From NCBI GenBank assembly GCA_963664115.2, contig CAXWPJ010000009.1, positions 320,001 to 384,000 on the forward strand: a DNA stretch of 64,000 nt, read 5' to 3'. A program made the translations under genes and the position numbers. How positions within the stretch are numbered: the first letter of the stretch is position 1; each line of letters starts with the position of its first letter. This DNA is from Terriglobia bacterium. GTDB lineage: Bacteria > Acidobacteriota > Terriglobia > 20CM-2-55-15. Shown here one piece after another: positions 52,026 through 61,386 of the stretch. The notes under the pieces were generated by a model. It was not told the DNA's origin. It did no database searches and worked only from the letters and a program-made list of their open reading frames with translations.

Positions 52026-52616
52026 CTATAACGTTCCTTTGGTCGAAGGTATTTCACCGTCATCAAATACGATTCGCGTTGCCAGATGGATCGCACGGGC
52101 GGCGGCTTTGAACAGGGTCTCAGCAATGTGATGCTGGTTCCGCCCGTAGATGACTTCAGCGTGGAGATTCAGCCGGCCCTCCTGGACAAAGGCCTTGAAG
52201 AACTCCTCGATGAGCTCGGTCTGCAGATCTCCAAGCAAGGCGGTTTCAAACCGTGCGTGGTAGATGAGATATCCCCGGCCGGAAAAGTCCACCACCACTC
52301 GGCTTAGTGCCTCGTCCAGAGGAACATACGCGTGCGCAAATCGGGCGATACCGCGCCGCTCACCCAGCGCTTCGTTAATGGCTTGGCCCAGGGTCTGGCC
52401 CACATCCTCGACGGTATGGTGACCGTCGATTTCCAAGTCGCCCTTAGCTGCGATCTCCAAGTCCAGTCGCCCGTGCCGTGCCAGCTGCGCCAGCATATGA
52501 TCGAAGAAAGGAATGCCGGTTGCGATTTCGTGCTGCCCGCTACCATCCAGGTTCAGCCGAACGCGGATATCGGTTTCTTTCGTCGTCCTCTCTTTTACGG
52601 CTATGCGCGGATTCAT
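52026..52616 (-). CDS. hisB: Imidazoleglycerol-phosphate dehydratase
   Basis: R.T.ETDI, DHML, HHTVED, N.HH.AE..FKA. Confidence 0.97.
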   Translation of the reverse strand: MNPRIAVKERTTKETDIRVRLNLDGSGQHEIATGIPFFDHMLAQLARHGRLDLEIAAKGDLEIDGHHTVEDVGQTLGQAINEALGERRGIARFAHAYVPLDEALSRVVVDFSGRGYLIYHARFETALLGDLQTELIEEFFKAFVQEGRLNLHAEVIYGRNQHHIAETLFKAAARAIHLATRIVFDDGEIPSTKGTL

Positions 52617-53689
52617 TCCAGTGTCTCCAGTGCCCGGTCGAGGGCCTCAAGGAATCGCGTGTTGTCCTCGGGGGTACCCACGGAAACTCGGAGGCACCTT
52701 TCCAGCATCGGATAGCCACTCACATCTCGCACCAGAACGCCCGCCTGATAGAGTGCATCAAATAATCGGCGGGCGACAAACCGGGTACGAAAGAGAATGA
52801 AGTTGGCCTGAGAGGGAAATTCCTCCACGCCTTCACGGCTGGCCAACTCTGCCGCAAGGAGTTCGCGGGCCGCTATGAGCTTGTTGACAGACCCCTCAAC
52901 CGCAAGTTCTTCCACGATCAATTCCGCCGCCGCCAGCGTGAAAATATTCACGCTGTAAGGTAGTTTCACTTTCCGAATCTCAGCAGCAATCGCCGCGCTG
53001 GCCATCATGTATCCAAACCGGATTCCAGCCAGCGACCATGCTTTCGAAAGTGTTCTCAACAGCAAAAGATTGTCGAACTCCTCCAACAACGGAAAGAGTG
53101 TCCCTCCGCTGAACTCGTGGTACGCCTCATCAATAATAACGAGACCGCGTGCTTCAGAAACGAGTCGCCTGGCATCGGACCGGGCAAGCACTGAACCGGT
53201 GGGACTGTTGGGCGAACAAACAATCACGACGTCCGAGGTGCGCGCGGCTTCCAGCAATGTTTCCACATCAAAGGACAAGTCCGCTTCGTTCAACGGAACA
53301 GGCTGAATGGTGGCACCCGCCGCCTTCGCCATCAATTCGTAGAGAGCAAACGTCGGCTGCGGAATGGCAACGGTCTTCCCCGGACCCAGAGTTACGGCCA
53401 CCGCGGCGCTGATCAGTTCGTTAGAGCCGTTACCGACCAGAATACCGTCCTCAGACCATCCGGAAAATCGAGCGAGCGTCTGAATCAGTTGCTCGGGTAC
53501 GAACTCCGGATAGCGGCCCCAATCACGTTCGAGGACACGAGCCACAATCCTCCGCTTGAGATCGGCGGGAATCTCATACGGATTCTCGTTCTGGTCGAGC
53601 TTCACGTCCGCTTCGAAGTGCGTCAGCGCGTATGCCGATATCGCCCGCACCTCAGGCTTAATGACCTCGAATGGTGATCGATCGGGCAT
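52613..53689 (-). CDS. hisC: Histidinol-phosphate aminotransferase
   Basis: LDQNENP, GNGS.E, PN.PTG, DEAY, RTLSKA..LAG.R.G. Confidence 0.95.
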   Translation of the reverse strand: MPDRSPFEVIKPEVRAISAYALTHFEADVKLDQNENPYEIPADLKRRIVARVLERDWGRYPEFVPEQLIQTLARFSGWSEDGILVGNGSNELISAAVAVTLGPGKTVAIPQPTFALYELMAKAAGATIQPVPLNEADLSFDVETLLEAARTSDVVIVCSPNSPTGSVLARSDARRLVSEARGLVIIDEAYHEFSGGTLFPLLEEFDNLLLLRTLSKAWSLAGIRFGYMMASAAIAAEIRKVKLPYSVNIFTLAAAELIVEELAVEGSVNKLIAARELLAAELASREGVEEFPSQANFILFRTRFVARRLFDALYQAGVLVRDVSGYPMLERCLRVSVGTPEDNTRFLEALDRALETLE

Positions 53690-54944
53690 GTCCTGTCAGA
53701 CCTTCCGCGATTGCGAATTTCTCGATGAGGCTACCGGAACGTTCGATCGCCCGTCCCGAATAACGCACCACACTTGTGCGCTTCAGGAAGTCATATACAC
53801 CGAGCGGCGAAAAGAAACGTGCCGTACGTGCAGTCGGCAACACATGATTGGGCCCAGCGAAGTAGTCGCCCACGACGGCTGGAGAGTAGCGCCCCACAAA
53901 GATGGCACCGGCATTGTGGATGCCGTCCGCGATGGGATCCGGTTCCGCCATCAATACTTCGACGTGCTCGGGCGCGATGTGATCGACCAAACGGATCGCG
54001 TCCTCCGGTCCACTGACGACAAAGCTGATTCCGTTGTTTGCCACGGCGGTCCTCGCGATCGAATCTCTGTCCAGCGTCTCCAGCTGAATCTGGACCTGGT
54101 CGAAAACAGCCGCCGCAAGGTCCTCCGACCAACAGATGAGCCAGACACCCGCCATCTCGTCGTGTTCGGCCTGAGCCAGCAGGTCAGCCGCAATCCAGCT
54201 CGGATCGCAAGTCTCATCGGCCACTATGGCGACTTCACTGGGGCCGGCAATCATATCGATGTGCACACGGCCGAACACAAGTTTCTTGGCACCCTGGACG
54301 TATTGATTGCCAGGCCCAACGATCTTGTCGACGCTGGGGATCGACTCGGTTCCAAACGCAAGGGCCGCAATCGCCTGCGCACCGCCCGCCCGGTAAACCT
54401 CCTGAATTCCGAGAAGGTTGAGCGCCGCCGCGACCAGCGGATTTTCCTCGAGTGATTTCGGCGGGGTCACGACAACCAGCCGCTCGACACCCGCAACCTG
54501 GGCGGGAATCGCATTCATCAGCACGGACGACGGATAGGCCGCCTTAAACCCCGGGATATAGAGTCCAACCCTATTGATGGGAGTAATGCGTTGACCCAAG
54601 TGGATTCCGTCGCCAGCGTAGATTTCCCAGGACTGCAGCAACTGTTCCTCATGAAATCGCCTGATGTTGGAAATGGCTATCTTGAGAATCTCTACGAGTT
54701 CGTCATCGGCACCACTAGCGTAGCTAGCGATCTCATCCCCCGAAACATGCAACTGCTCTGGCTCCAGGGTGCATCCGTCGAAGCGCCGAGTGTATTCGAG
54801 GAGAGCTTCGTCGCCCCCCGTACGAACGCCCGCAACGATTTCTGCAATGGTCTGGCTGACTTCTGTTTCTTCCGTCGCCAACGGCAACAGATCGTCGACC
54901 GCGTCCAGATCCAGCGCTTCACTGAGATCGACAATCCGCATCAA
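53658..54944 (-). CDS. hisD: Histidinol dehydrogenase
   Basis: GGAQAIAA, GPGN.YV, AGPSE, QAEHD, APEH, GPNHVLPT. Confidence 0.97.
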   Translation of the reverse strand: MMRIVDLSEALDLDAVDDLLPLATEETEVSQTIAEIVAGVRTGGDEALLEYTRRFDGCTLEPEQLHVSGDEIASYASGADDELVEILKIAISNIRRFHEEQLLQSWEIYAGDGIHLGQRITPINRVGLYIPGFKAAYPSSVLMNAIPAQVAGVERLVVVTPPKSLEENPLVAAALNLLGIQEVYRAGGAQAIAALAFGTESIPSVDKIVGPGNQYVQGAKKLVFGRVHIDMIAGPSEVAIVADETCDPSWIAADLLAQAEHDEMAGVWLICWSEDLAAAVFDQVQIQLETLDRDSIARTAVANNGISFVVSGPEDAIRLVDHIAPEHVEVLMAEPDPIADGIHNAGAIFVGRYSPAVVGDYFAGPNHVLPTARTARFFSPLGVYDFLKRTSVVRYSGRAIERSGSLIEKFAIAEGLTGHARSITIRGH

Positions 54945-55567
54945 ACCAAACCCTCCAGGGTTTCCACCATCTGTACGATTTCTTCTCGCTTCGTCTGGTA
55001 GCTCGCGCGATTAACCATCAAACGTGCGGAACTTTCGGCGATTACCTCCACGATTTGCAGACCGTTCTCGGCGAGCGTCTGCCCGGATTCCACCAAATCC
55101 ACTATCCGATCGGCCAGACTCACGAGCGGCGCCAGTTCAATCGAGCCGGATAGAGGGATGATCTCGACCGCAATTCCCTGCGCATTGAAATGTTCCAACG
55201 TGATGTGCGGATACTTCGTCGCAACGCGGACGACTGTTCGGACCGGTTGGTCCTTGTTTGGCGTTCCATTGGGAGCCGCCACGGCAATTTTGCACTTCCC
55301 GAATCCCAGATCCAAGGGCTGCAACACATCGGCCTGGGACTCAAGCAACACGTCTTGACCGGCAATACCGGCATCTGCTGCGCCATACTCAACGTACGTG
55401 GGGGCATCCATGGGCTTGACCAGAATCACCCGACAGCGACCATCGATCGAATCAAAAATCAGCCGCCGGGACTCGGCAAGGTTTTCCTCGAACTTGATGT
55501 CCGCGCGTGCCAACAATTCGAGCGATGGCTCAAGGAAGCGCCCTTTGGCGATCGCAATCACTAGCAC
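54941..55567 (-). CDS. hisG: ATP phosphoribosyltransferase, short form
   Basis: KGR, VATKYP, GSIELAP, D.VESG.TL..NGL; 208 aa and paired with hisZ. Confidence 0.96.
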   Translation of the reverse strand: MLVIAIAKGRFLEPSLELLARADIKFEENLAESRRLIFDSIDGRCRVILVKPMDAPTYVEYGAADAGIAGQDVLLESQADVLQPLDLGFGKCKIAVAAPNGTPNKDQPVRTVVRVATKYPHITLEHFNAQGIAVEIIPLSGSIELAPLVSLADRIVDLVESGQTLAENGLQIVEVIAESSARLMVNRASYQTKREEIVQMVETLEGLV

Positions 55568-56640
55568 ATTCGCACCCGCTTGCCTTCCCGACGCAATCGC
55601 ATCGCTTCTTCGAAGCCACCCTCTTCTACTCCGGCTGGCGGACGGATGTCTGCCCCGAACGCTTTCGGATCCACAATTTGTTCCAGTCGGTCCAGGCTGA
55701 ACGAGAATCCGACGGCCGGGGTGTCATGGCCAAACTGGGCCGGAAGGCCGTCATATCGGCCGCCACTGGCGACCTCGAACCCGAGACCACGGACGTAAAC
55801 CCGAAAGAGAATGCCGCTGTAATAATCGAAACCTCGAACCTCCCCGAGGTCTATCGTCAGACGGTGGGCCAGCCCCAGGCGCTCAAATATTCCGTATATG
55901 TTTTCGAGGTGTTGAATAGCACCCGTAGACCGTTCGTTCGTGACCAGCTTCCGAGCCCGGGCCAGTATTTCCCGGCCACCCGTCAGATGCGGAATTGCAA
56001 GCAGAATGTCCTTTCGACGCTTTTCGAAACTGAGCCCGACCAGCATTTTCTCGAGACCGGCCTGATCCTTAATGTTGAGTAATTTCTTGAGGCGGTCTAT
56101 GCCTTCATCAGGGAGATCGATCCTGTCAACGATACCGCCAAAAAAATCCACGCTTCCGAGGTTGATCTGAAAGTCCTCTATACCGAGCTTCTCAAGTGCC
56201 TCCATACACACCACCAACACCTCTATATCTGCAGTAGCGGGCGAACCGCCGTAATGTTCCAGTCCCATCTGCGCGAATTCCCGCTGCTGCCCGCCCTTCG
56301 GCGTTTCGAACCGCAATACCTCTCCGGAATAGGATAGCCGGACCGGCGTGGGTTCTCCTGAGAGCCTGGTGGCCGCCATCTTGGCGAGTAAGGACGTAAA
56401 CTCCGGGCGTAGAGCCAGAACGTTGCCTTCACGATCGATGAATCTATAAATCCGGTCCTCCAGCTCGCTCCCCATGCCCTTGACGAACACATCAAAGTAG
56501 TCAAGCATCGGCGGAATGATCTCCTCGTAAGACCACCCCTCGAAGACGGAAAATATGGTCCGTTCGACAGCCCGACGACGCCGGGCGGCATCACCGATCA
56601 GAATCTGCGTACCGGGCGGTATTTGGGTGAGGGAGTTCAT
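55561..56640 (-). CDS. hisZ: ATP phosphoribosyltransferase regulatory subunit
   Basis: HisRS-like motifs LRPEFT, REF.Q.G.E, YYSG, GGRYD, AVGF; adjacent to short hisG. Confidence 0.93.
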   Translation of the reverse strand: MNSLTQIPPGTQILIGDAARRRRAVERTIFSVFEGWSYEEIIPPMLDYFDVFVKGMGSELEDRIYRFIDREGNVLALRPEFTSLLAKMAATRLSGEPTPVRLSYSGEVLRFETPKGGQQREFAQMGLEHYGGSPATADIEVLVVCMEALEKLGIEDFQINLGSVDFFGGIVDRIDLPDEGIDRLKKLLNIKDQAGLEKMLVGLSFEKRRKDILLAIPHLTGGREILARARKLVTNERSTGAIQHLENIYGIFERLGLAHRLTIDLGEVRGFDYYSGILFRVYVRGLGFEVASGGRYDGLPAQFGHDTPAVGFSFSLDRLEQIVDPKAFGADIRPPAGVEEGGFEEAMRLRREGKRVRMC

Positions 56641-57692
56641 CCGATCAGTCCCCGGCAATACAACAACTCGGCGTTGAGAATGGCCGCTCCGGCCGCTCCA
56701 CGGATTGTATTGTGGCTGAGCACTCGAAACTTGTGGTCCAGTACGGGACAGCGGGAGACGGGGCCCACCACGACAGCCATACCTGCGGCGCGGTCGCGAT
56801 CCAACCGGGGCTGGGGCCTATCGATACCCTTTTCCAAAATCATGACAGGCTGCGGAGCCGACGGCAAATCGAGTGCGTCGATACTGGACTTGTAATCTCG
56901 AAACGTGTCTTCCACTTGCTCGGAAGAAACATCCTGCTTCAATTTCACCGAACAGGCTTCCAGATGACCGTCGCGCACGTTGACGCGATGCGTCATAGCG
57001 CTGATTCGAAATTGATTATCTTCGAATTTGTCTCCGGTCCACGCCCCGAGAATCTTTAGCGGCTCGGTCTCCATCTTCTCAGCTTCCTCGCCACCCGCGA
57101 TGTTGGGAATGACATTGTCAGCTGCATCCAGAGAAGCCACACCCGGGTATCCGGCTCCGGACAGAGCCTGCATGGTCACTACGTGGACGGCCTCCAATCC
57201 GAACGCCCGGTCGAGGGCCGCAAGAGGAATCACCAGGCCGATCGTCGAACAGTTGGGGTTGGTCACGATGAAACCCTTACCTCCAAAACGTGGCCGCTGC
57301 TTCTCCAGAGCTTCGATGTGATCCGCATTGATCTCCGGAACCAAAAGCGGAACGTCCGGACCCATCCGATGACTCGAAGCGTTACTAATTACTGGACATC
57401 CAGACTGAGCAAACTCGATTTCGGTTTCACGGGCAATCGAGGAAGGCAGTCCCGATAAGACAAAGTCACAATCCAGCCCGGGACGGCAAGCTTCGACTGA
57501 CATTTCAGCGATATTCTCCGGAATCTCAGATTCAAGCTGCCAATGGGCGGCCTCGCGGTAGGTTTTCCCGGCCGAGTTGTCCGACGCTGCCAGCGCCCCG
57601 ATCTCGAACCACGGATGGTGCTCCAGCATCTGGATCATCCGCTGACCCACAGTCCCTGTAGCTCCTAAAATGGCAGTCTTGATCTTCTTCAT
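56637..57692 (-). CDS. asd: Aspartate-semialdehyde dehydrogenase (archaeal/eukaryotic-type)
   Basis: GATGTVGQ, PEIN, NPNCST, QALSGAGYPGV, HNTIRGAAG. Confidence 0.95.
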   Translation of the reverse strand: MKKIKTAILGATGTVGQRMIQMLEHHPWFEIGALAASDNSAGKTYREAAHWQLESEIPENIAEMSVEACRPGLDCDFVLSGLPSSIARETEIEFAQSGCPVISNASSHRMGPDVPLLVPEINADHIEALEKQRPRFGGKGFIVTNPNCSTIGLVIPLAALDRAFGLEAVHVVTMQALSGAGYPGVASLDAADNVIPNIAGGEEAEKMETEPLKILGAWTGDKFEDNQFRISAMTHRVNVRDGHLEACSVKLKQDVSSEQVEDTFRDYKSSIDALDLPSAPQPVMILEKGIDRPQPRLDRDRAAGMAVVVGPVSRCPVLDHKFRVLSHNTIRGAAGAAILNAELLYCRGLIG

Positions 57693-57723
57693 AGCTCGAA
57701 CCATCACGACACGTCTCCGAACT

Positions 57724-58641
57724 CTAATTCGGGAGAAAACACCGACCTTCCGTATCGATCTTTGAAACTCTGGCCGACGCCCTTACCCCGCTACGCCCAA
57801 ACACCTCTACAATCTGATCGCCGACGGAGGCTGCCGCCTCGGGCGCGGCGAACGCGAGAACAGTCGGACCGGCTCCGCTCAAGGCAATCCCTGCAAGACC
57901 GTCAGTCTCCATCTTCAGAACTGCTTCGAACCCGGGGATCAGGCCGGCGCGATAGGGCTGGTGAATGCGATCGCGCATCGCTTCCGACAGCATCTGCCAA
58001 TTGCCGAGGGTCAGAGCAGCAACCATGAGTGGCGCCCTCTGAATGTTAAAAACAGCGTCCCGTCGCGAATAGCCCTCCGGCAAAACATCGCGCGCCTTCT
58101 CGGTGGACAGTTCGAAATCCGGGATTACCAGGACGGGCGTGATGCCATCGGACACCTTCAAACTCGATGACATGGCCTTCCCACCATCGCTTACGGCTGA
58201 AACTGTAAGGCCTCCAAGGAGGCCGGCAGCCAGGTTGTCGGGATGCGGCTCGAACTCCATCGCGTGATCGAAGATCTCGCTCTCAGACAGCGAGTCCCCG
58301 GCCACAATTTCGTAGCAGGAAATTCCTGCAAGAATCGCTGTAGAACTGCTGCCCAAACCCCGCGCCAGCGGTATTTCGTTCTGAACTTTCAAAAACACCG
58401 GTTCTATCCGCCGACCACGGCGTTTGGCCACAGCGTCCATGACCCGGAGAATCAGGTTGTCTCCACCGTCGGGCATCTTGTCGCTGTCGATCCCGTGTGC
58501 AACTACCCGGGACCGGTCGGTCGAATCGGAAACTTCGACTTCCACTGTCAAGTAGATCGCCAGGGCGAGGCTCAACGCATCAAAGCCGGGGCCAAGATTC
58601 GATGTGCTCGCGGGAACACGGACACCAGTAGGTCTACTCAC
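57724..58641 (-). CDS. thrB: Homoserine kinase
   Basis: PASTSNLGPGFD, PLARGLGSS, HPDN, SGAGPT. Confidence 0.95.
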   Translation of the reverse strand: MSRPTGVRVPASTSNLGPGFDALSLALAIYLTVEVEVSDSTDRSRVVAHGIDSDKMPDGGDNLILRVMDAVAKRRGRRIEPVFLKVQNEIPLARGLGSSSTAILAGISCYEIVAGDSLSESEIFDHAMEFEPHPDNLAAGLLGGLTVSAVSDGGKAMSSSLKVSDGITPVLVIPDFELSTEKARDVLPEGYSRRDAVFNIQRAPLMVAALTLGNWQMLSEAMRDRIHQPYRAGLIPGFEAVLKMETDGLAGIALSGAGPTVLAFAAPEAAASVGDQIVEVFGRSGVRASARVSKIDTEGRCFLPN

Positions 58642-60067
58642 GACCTGAACTTTCCAAAAGAGCCGCAGGCGCTCCGAACACAGACTCCGGGGCCGGGTGG
58701 CCCGTCCATATTTCAAACTGACGTGCAGCCTGTGCGACGAACATCGTCGTCCCTGCAATCACCTGTTTCCCCTGTACCTCTGCGTCTCGCAACAGACGGG
58801 TGCGCGGCGGGTTGTAGACCATGTCAAAAACGACGTTCGCATGAATCGTACCGGAAACCGGCGTCGCCTCGACGTCTGGAGTCATACCGACAGGTGTTGC
58901 GTTTACAAGCAGATCCGTTTCGTATCTGGAGCAATTCTCCAGACGATCCACCTGTACCTGTCGCGACCAGTCCAATGTTCCAGCTTCGCGGGTACGCGAC
59001 AGCACGGTCATCGATTCCGCCGAGTCCAGAGCGGCCACTGCCGCTCGGGCCGCACCACCGGTTCCCAGAACGACCACCTTCTTGCCATGAGCGTCGAAAT
59101 CCTTCAGCGCTTCGCGTATCCCGTGCACATCGGTGTTATCGCCTTTCCACTGTCCGTCGTCGAGACACACGGTGTTCACTGCGCCAACGGTCCTGGCTTC
59201 CGCTGTCACCTGCTCCAGATACGGCATCACTCCCACTTTGTGCGGAATCGTCACCGAAAAACCTTTGATCCCAATGGGCCCGGCATTGTCGAAAAAGTCG
59301 TCCAGACGCTCCACGGGGAACTTCATGTAAACGTAGTCGAGGCCCGCAGCCTGGAAGGCTCTGTTGTGTAGCGCAGGGGATTCGGAGTGATCCACCGGAT
59401 TACCGACGATCCCTATGAACCGTGTCGCCCGGCCAATTTCGCGGAACCGATAGGTGTTGATCAATTCCTCCAGCGCGAGTTGACCCGGCGCCGAGCCGTC
59501 TCCCACACCCGTGTACGTGAGGGCGCTACCCCGAGATGGTCCGATGATCCGCGTAATTTGCCCCATCGGACCCATGCCAATAACGATCACTGGCTTCGGC
59601 CATGACTTTCCCAGTAACTTGAGCAACCTGCGATTGTCCGACCATGACCGGACGAAAGTTGCAATCTTTGCTACCGCGACGGGACTCTGACACACCGCAT
59701 CCAGCAAGCCTTCAAGATCCTCTGGAGTCGAATCAAAGTCATGATACGAGCCAATCACGTCGGCCGGGGGAAACCCCCTTGCGAAACGGAAATCCATGTC
59801 CACCCAGCGGGCGCCGTTGGAAACCGCACGCTCGAGAATTCGTAATTCATCATCTATCGAACCGGCAAATCGGCCTCCCTGCCGACGACCACGGCAGGTC
59901 GCTATCGCGGGGGCTCGGAGATCCCCCCATTCGATTAGGTCCGATGCTTCGGGATTCTCGAGGTAATCGAGGCGCACCTCGATGCAGTCCGCCCCTTCCG
60001 TCACCGGGCTGAAAACCTCAGCGGCGTTTCTGGGTGTCAGGGCAACACAGATAGGTCCAGGGAACAT
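58634..60067 (-). CDS. aroDE: Fused type I dehydroquinate dehydratase / shikimate dehydrogenase
   Basis: N-half EVRLD, SYHDF..TP, KIA; C-half SPALHN, VTIPHK, NTD, G.GGAARA, DMVY.P. Confidence 0.9.
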   Translation of the reverse strand: MFPGPICVALTPRNAAEVFSPVTEGADCIEVRLDYLENPEASDLIEWGDLRAPAIATCRGRRQGGRFAGSIDDELRILERAVSNGARWVDMDFRFARGFPPADVIGSYHDFDSTPEDLEGLLDAVCQSPVAVAKIATFVRSWSDNRRLLKLLGKSWPKPVIVIGMGPMGQITRIIGPSRGSALTYTGVGDGSAPGQLALEELINTYRFREIGRATRFIGIVGNPVDHSESPALHNRAFQAAGLDYVYMKFPVERLDDFFDNAGPIGIKGFSVTIPHKVGVMPYLEQVTAEARTVGAVNTVCLDDGQWKGDNTDVHGIREALKDFDAHGKKVVVLGTGGAARAAVAALDSAESMTVLSRTREAGTLDWSRQVQVDRLENCSRYETDLLVNATPVGMTPDVEATPVSGTIHANVVFDMVYNPPRTRLLRDAEVQGKQVIAGTTMFVAQAARQFEIWTGHPAPESVFGAPAALLESSGRE

Positions 60068-60068
60068 T

Positions 60069-60992
60069 TCAAGCAAACAACTCCGTGCTGAGATAGCGCT
60101 CTCCGGTATCACATAGGATTGCAAGAACACGCTTTCCGGGCCCGAATTCGCGGGAAACTTCCATCGCGACATGGAGAATCGCCCCCGAAGAGACGCCGGT
60201 CAGAATGCCTTCCTTCTGAGCCAGCAGGCGTGCCTGCCGACGCGCGTCCGCATACTGGACAGGCACAATATGATCAATGACCTCACGGTTGAGAATCTCA
60301 GGTACGAAACCTGCACCAATTCCCTGTATCTGGTGAGGCGCAGGGGCACCCCCGGAAAGTACCGGAGACTCACTGGGTTCAACCGCGTACAGTTGCAAGT
60401 GCGGGATCGCTTCTTTCAGGCGTTCTCCCGTGCCGGTGGCCGTGCCTCCCGTTCCGACACCCACAACCAAGGCATCCAGGTCCTTACCTACGACTTCGAG
60501 AATTTCCTGGGCCGTCGTCCGACGGTGTGCCTCGGGATTCGCGAGATTACGAAACTGATGCGGCATGAAGTAACCCGGGTTTTCCCGAACGACCTCCTCA
60601 GCTTTATCGATCGCTCCCTGCATGACATCGTTTCTTGGGGTCAAAATGATTTCGGCTCCGTAAGCCCGCAGCAGATTCAGCCGTTCTACGCTCATGTCTT
60701 CGGGCATCGTCAGGATCACGTGGTAACCCTTGGCAGCAGCAACCATTGCCAGGCCAACCCCGGTATTGCCACTGGTCGGTTCGACGATGGTCCCACCTGG
60801 CTTCAGCCGACCGTCCTTCTCGGCTGCCTCAATCATGCTGAGGCCAATTCTGTCCTTCACGCTGCCACCCGGATTTAGAAACTCCAGTTTGGCGAGCAGT
60901 TCCGCCCAACCCGGTTCCGAGATGCGGCTGAGCCGTACAACGGGAGTATTCCCGACCAACTCGCAAATGTTGTTGTGAATCCGGTCCGGCAT
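60069..60992 (-). CDS. cysK: Cysteine synthase A
   Basis: NPGGSVKDR, EPTSGNTG, GTGGT, IQGIG, DTGERYLST. Confidence 0.95.
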   Translation of the reverse strand: MPDRIHNNICELVGNTPVVRLSRISEPGWAELLAKLEFLNPGGSVKDRIGLSMIEAAEKDGRLKPGGTIVEPTSGNTGVGLAMVAAAKGYHVILTMPEDMSVERLNLLRAYGAEIILTPRNDVMQGAIDKAEEVVRENPGYFMPHQFRNLANPEAHRRTTAQEILEVVGKDLDALVVGVGTGGTATGTGERLKEAIPHLQLYAVEPSESPVLSGGAPAPHQIQGIGAGFVPEILNREVIDHIVPVQYADARRQARLLAQKEGILTGVSSGAILHVAMEVSREFGPGKRVLAILCDTGERYLSTELFA

Positions 60993-61122
60993 AATTCCTC
61001 TAATTTCAATATGCGCCCAGGCCAGCTCTTCGACTCGCACCAGTACGACGCCTACCCCAGGGGCAGAAACTTCTCACGATACCATAAATTGGCCTCAAAT
61101 AGCTCAATTCATTAGTAGATAG

Positions 61123-61302
61123 CGGTCGCCGAGCCCTGTCCCGGTGGAGTCACCGACTCTGACGACAATGGTGCGCAAAATTTGCGCCCACGCCAAACCT
61201 CCGGGACCTGAAACCCATGAGATTCGCCACGAGTGTTCCAGTGGACTCCCTGGTGCCTGTCGTCGGGAAAACATCTAGGGGTAAGGGATCAGTCGCCGAC
61301 CC
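61123..61302. ncRNA. Candidate ~180-nt rod-shaped structured RNA (6S-like?)
   Basis: Nested pairings visible by eye (GGTCG/CGACC, GACGACA/TGTCGTC, inner stems) around a central bubble. Identity unverified. Confidence 0.3.
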
Positions 61303-61386
61303 ACCACAGGATCTTGGGTTCCCGAATCAACTACGTGTTATCAATATGTTGACTGAGGCTCGGCCTTCTGTTAGAAAGGGTGCCTT

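Noticed and set aside
58243-59371. Long plus-strand ORFs (341 and 224 aa) within thrB/aroDE
   Set aside because: Antisense shadows of well-supported genes.
61170-61260. c-di-GMP-I, c-di-AMP riboswitch or SRP RNA
   Set aside because: Only short partial resemblances, and the complete conserved cores are missing.
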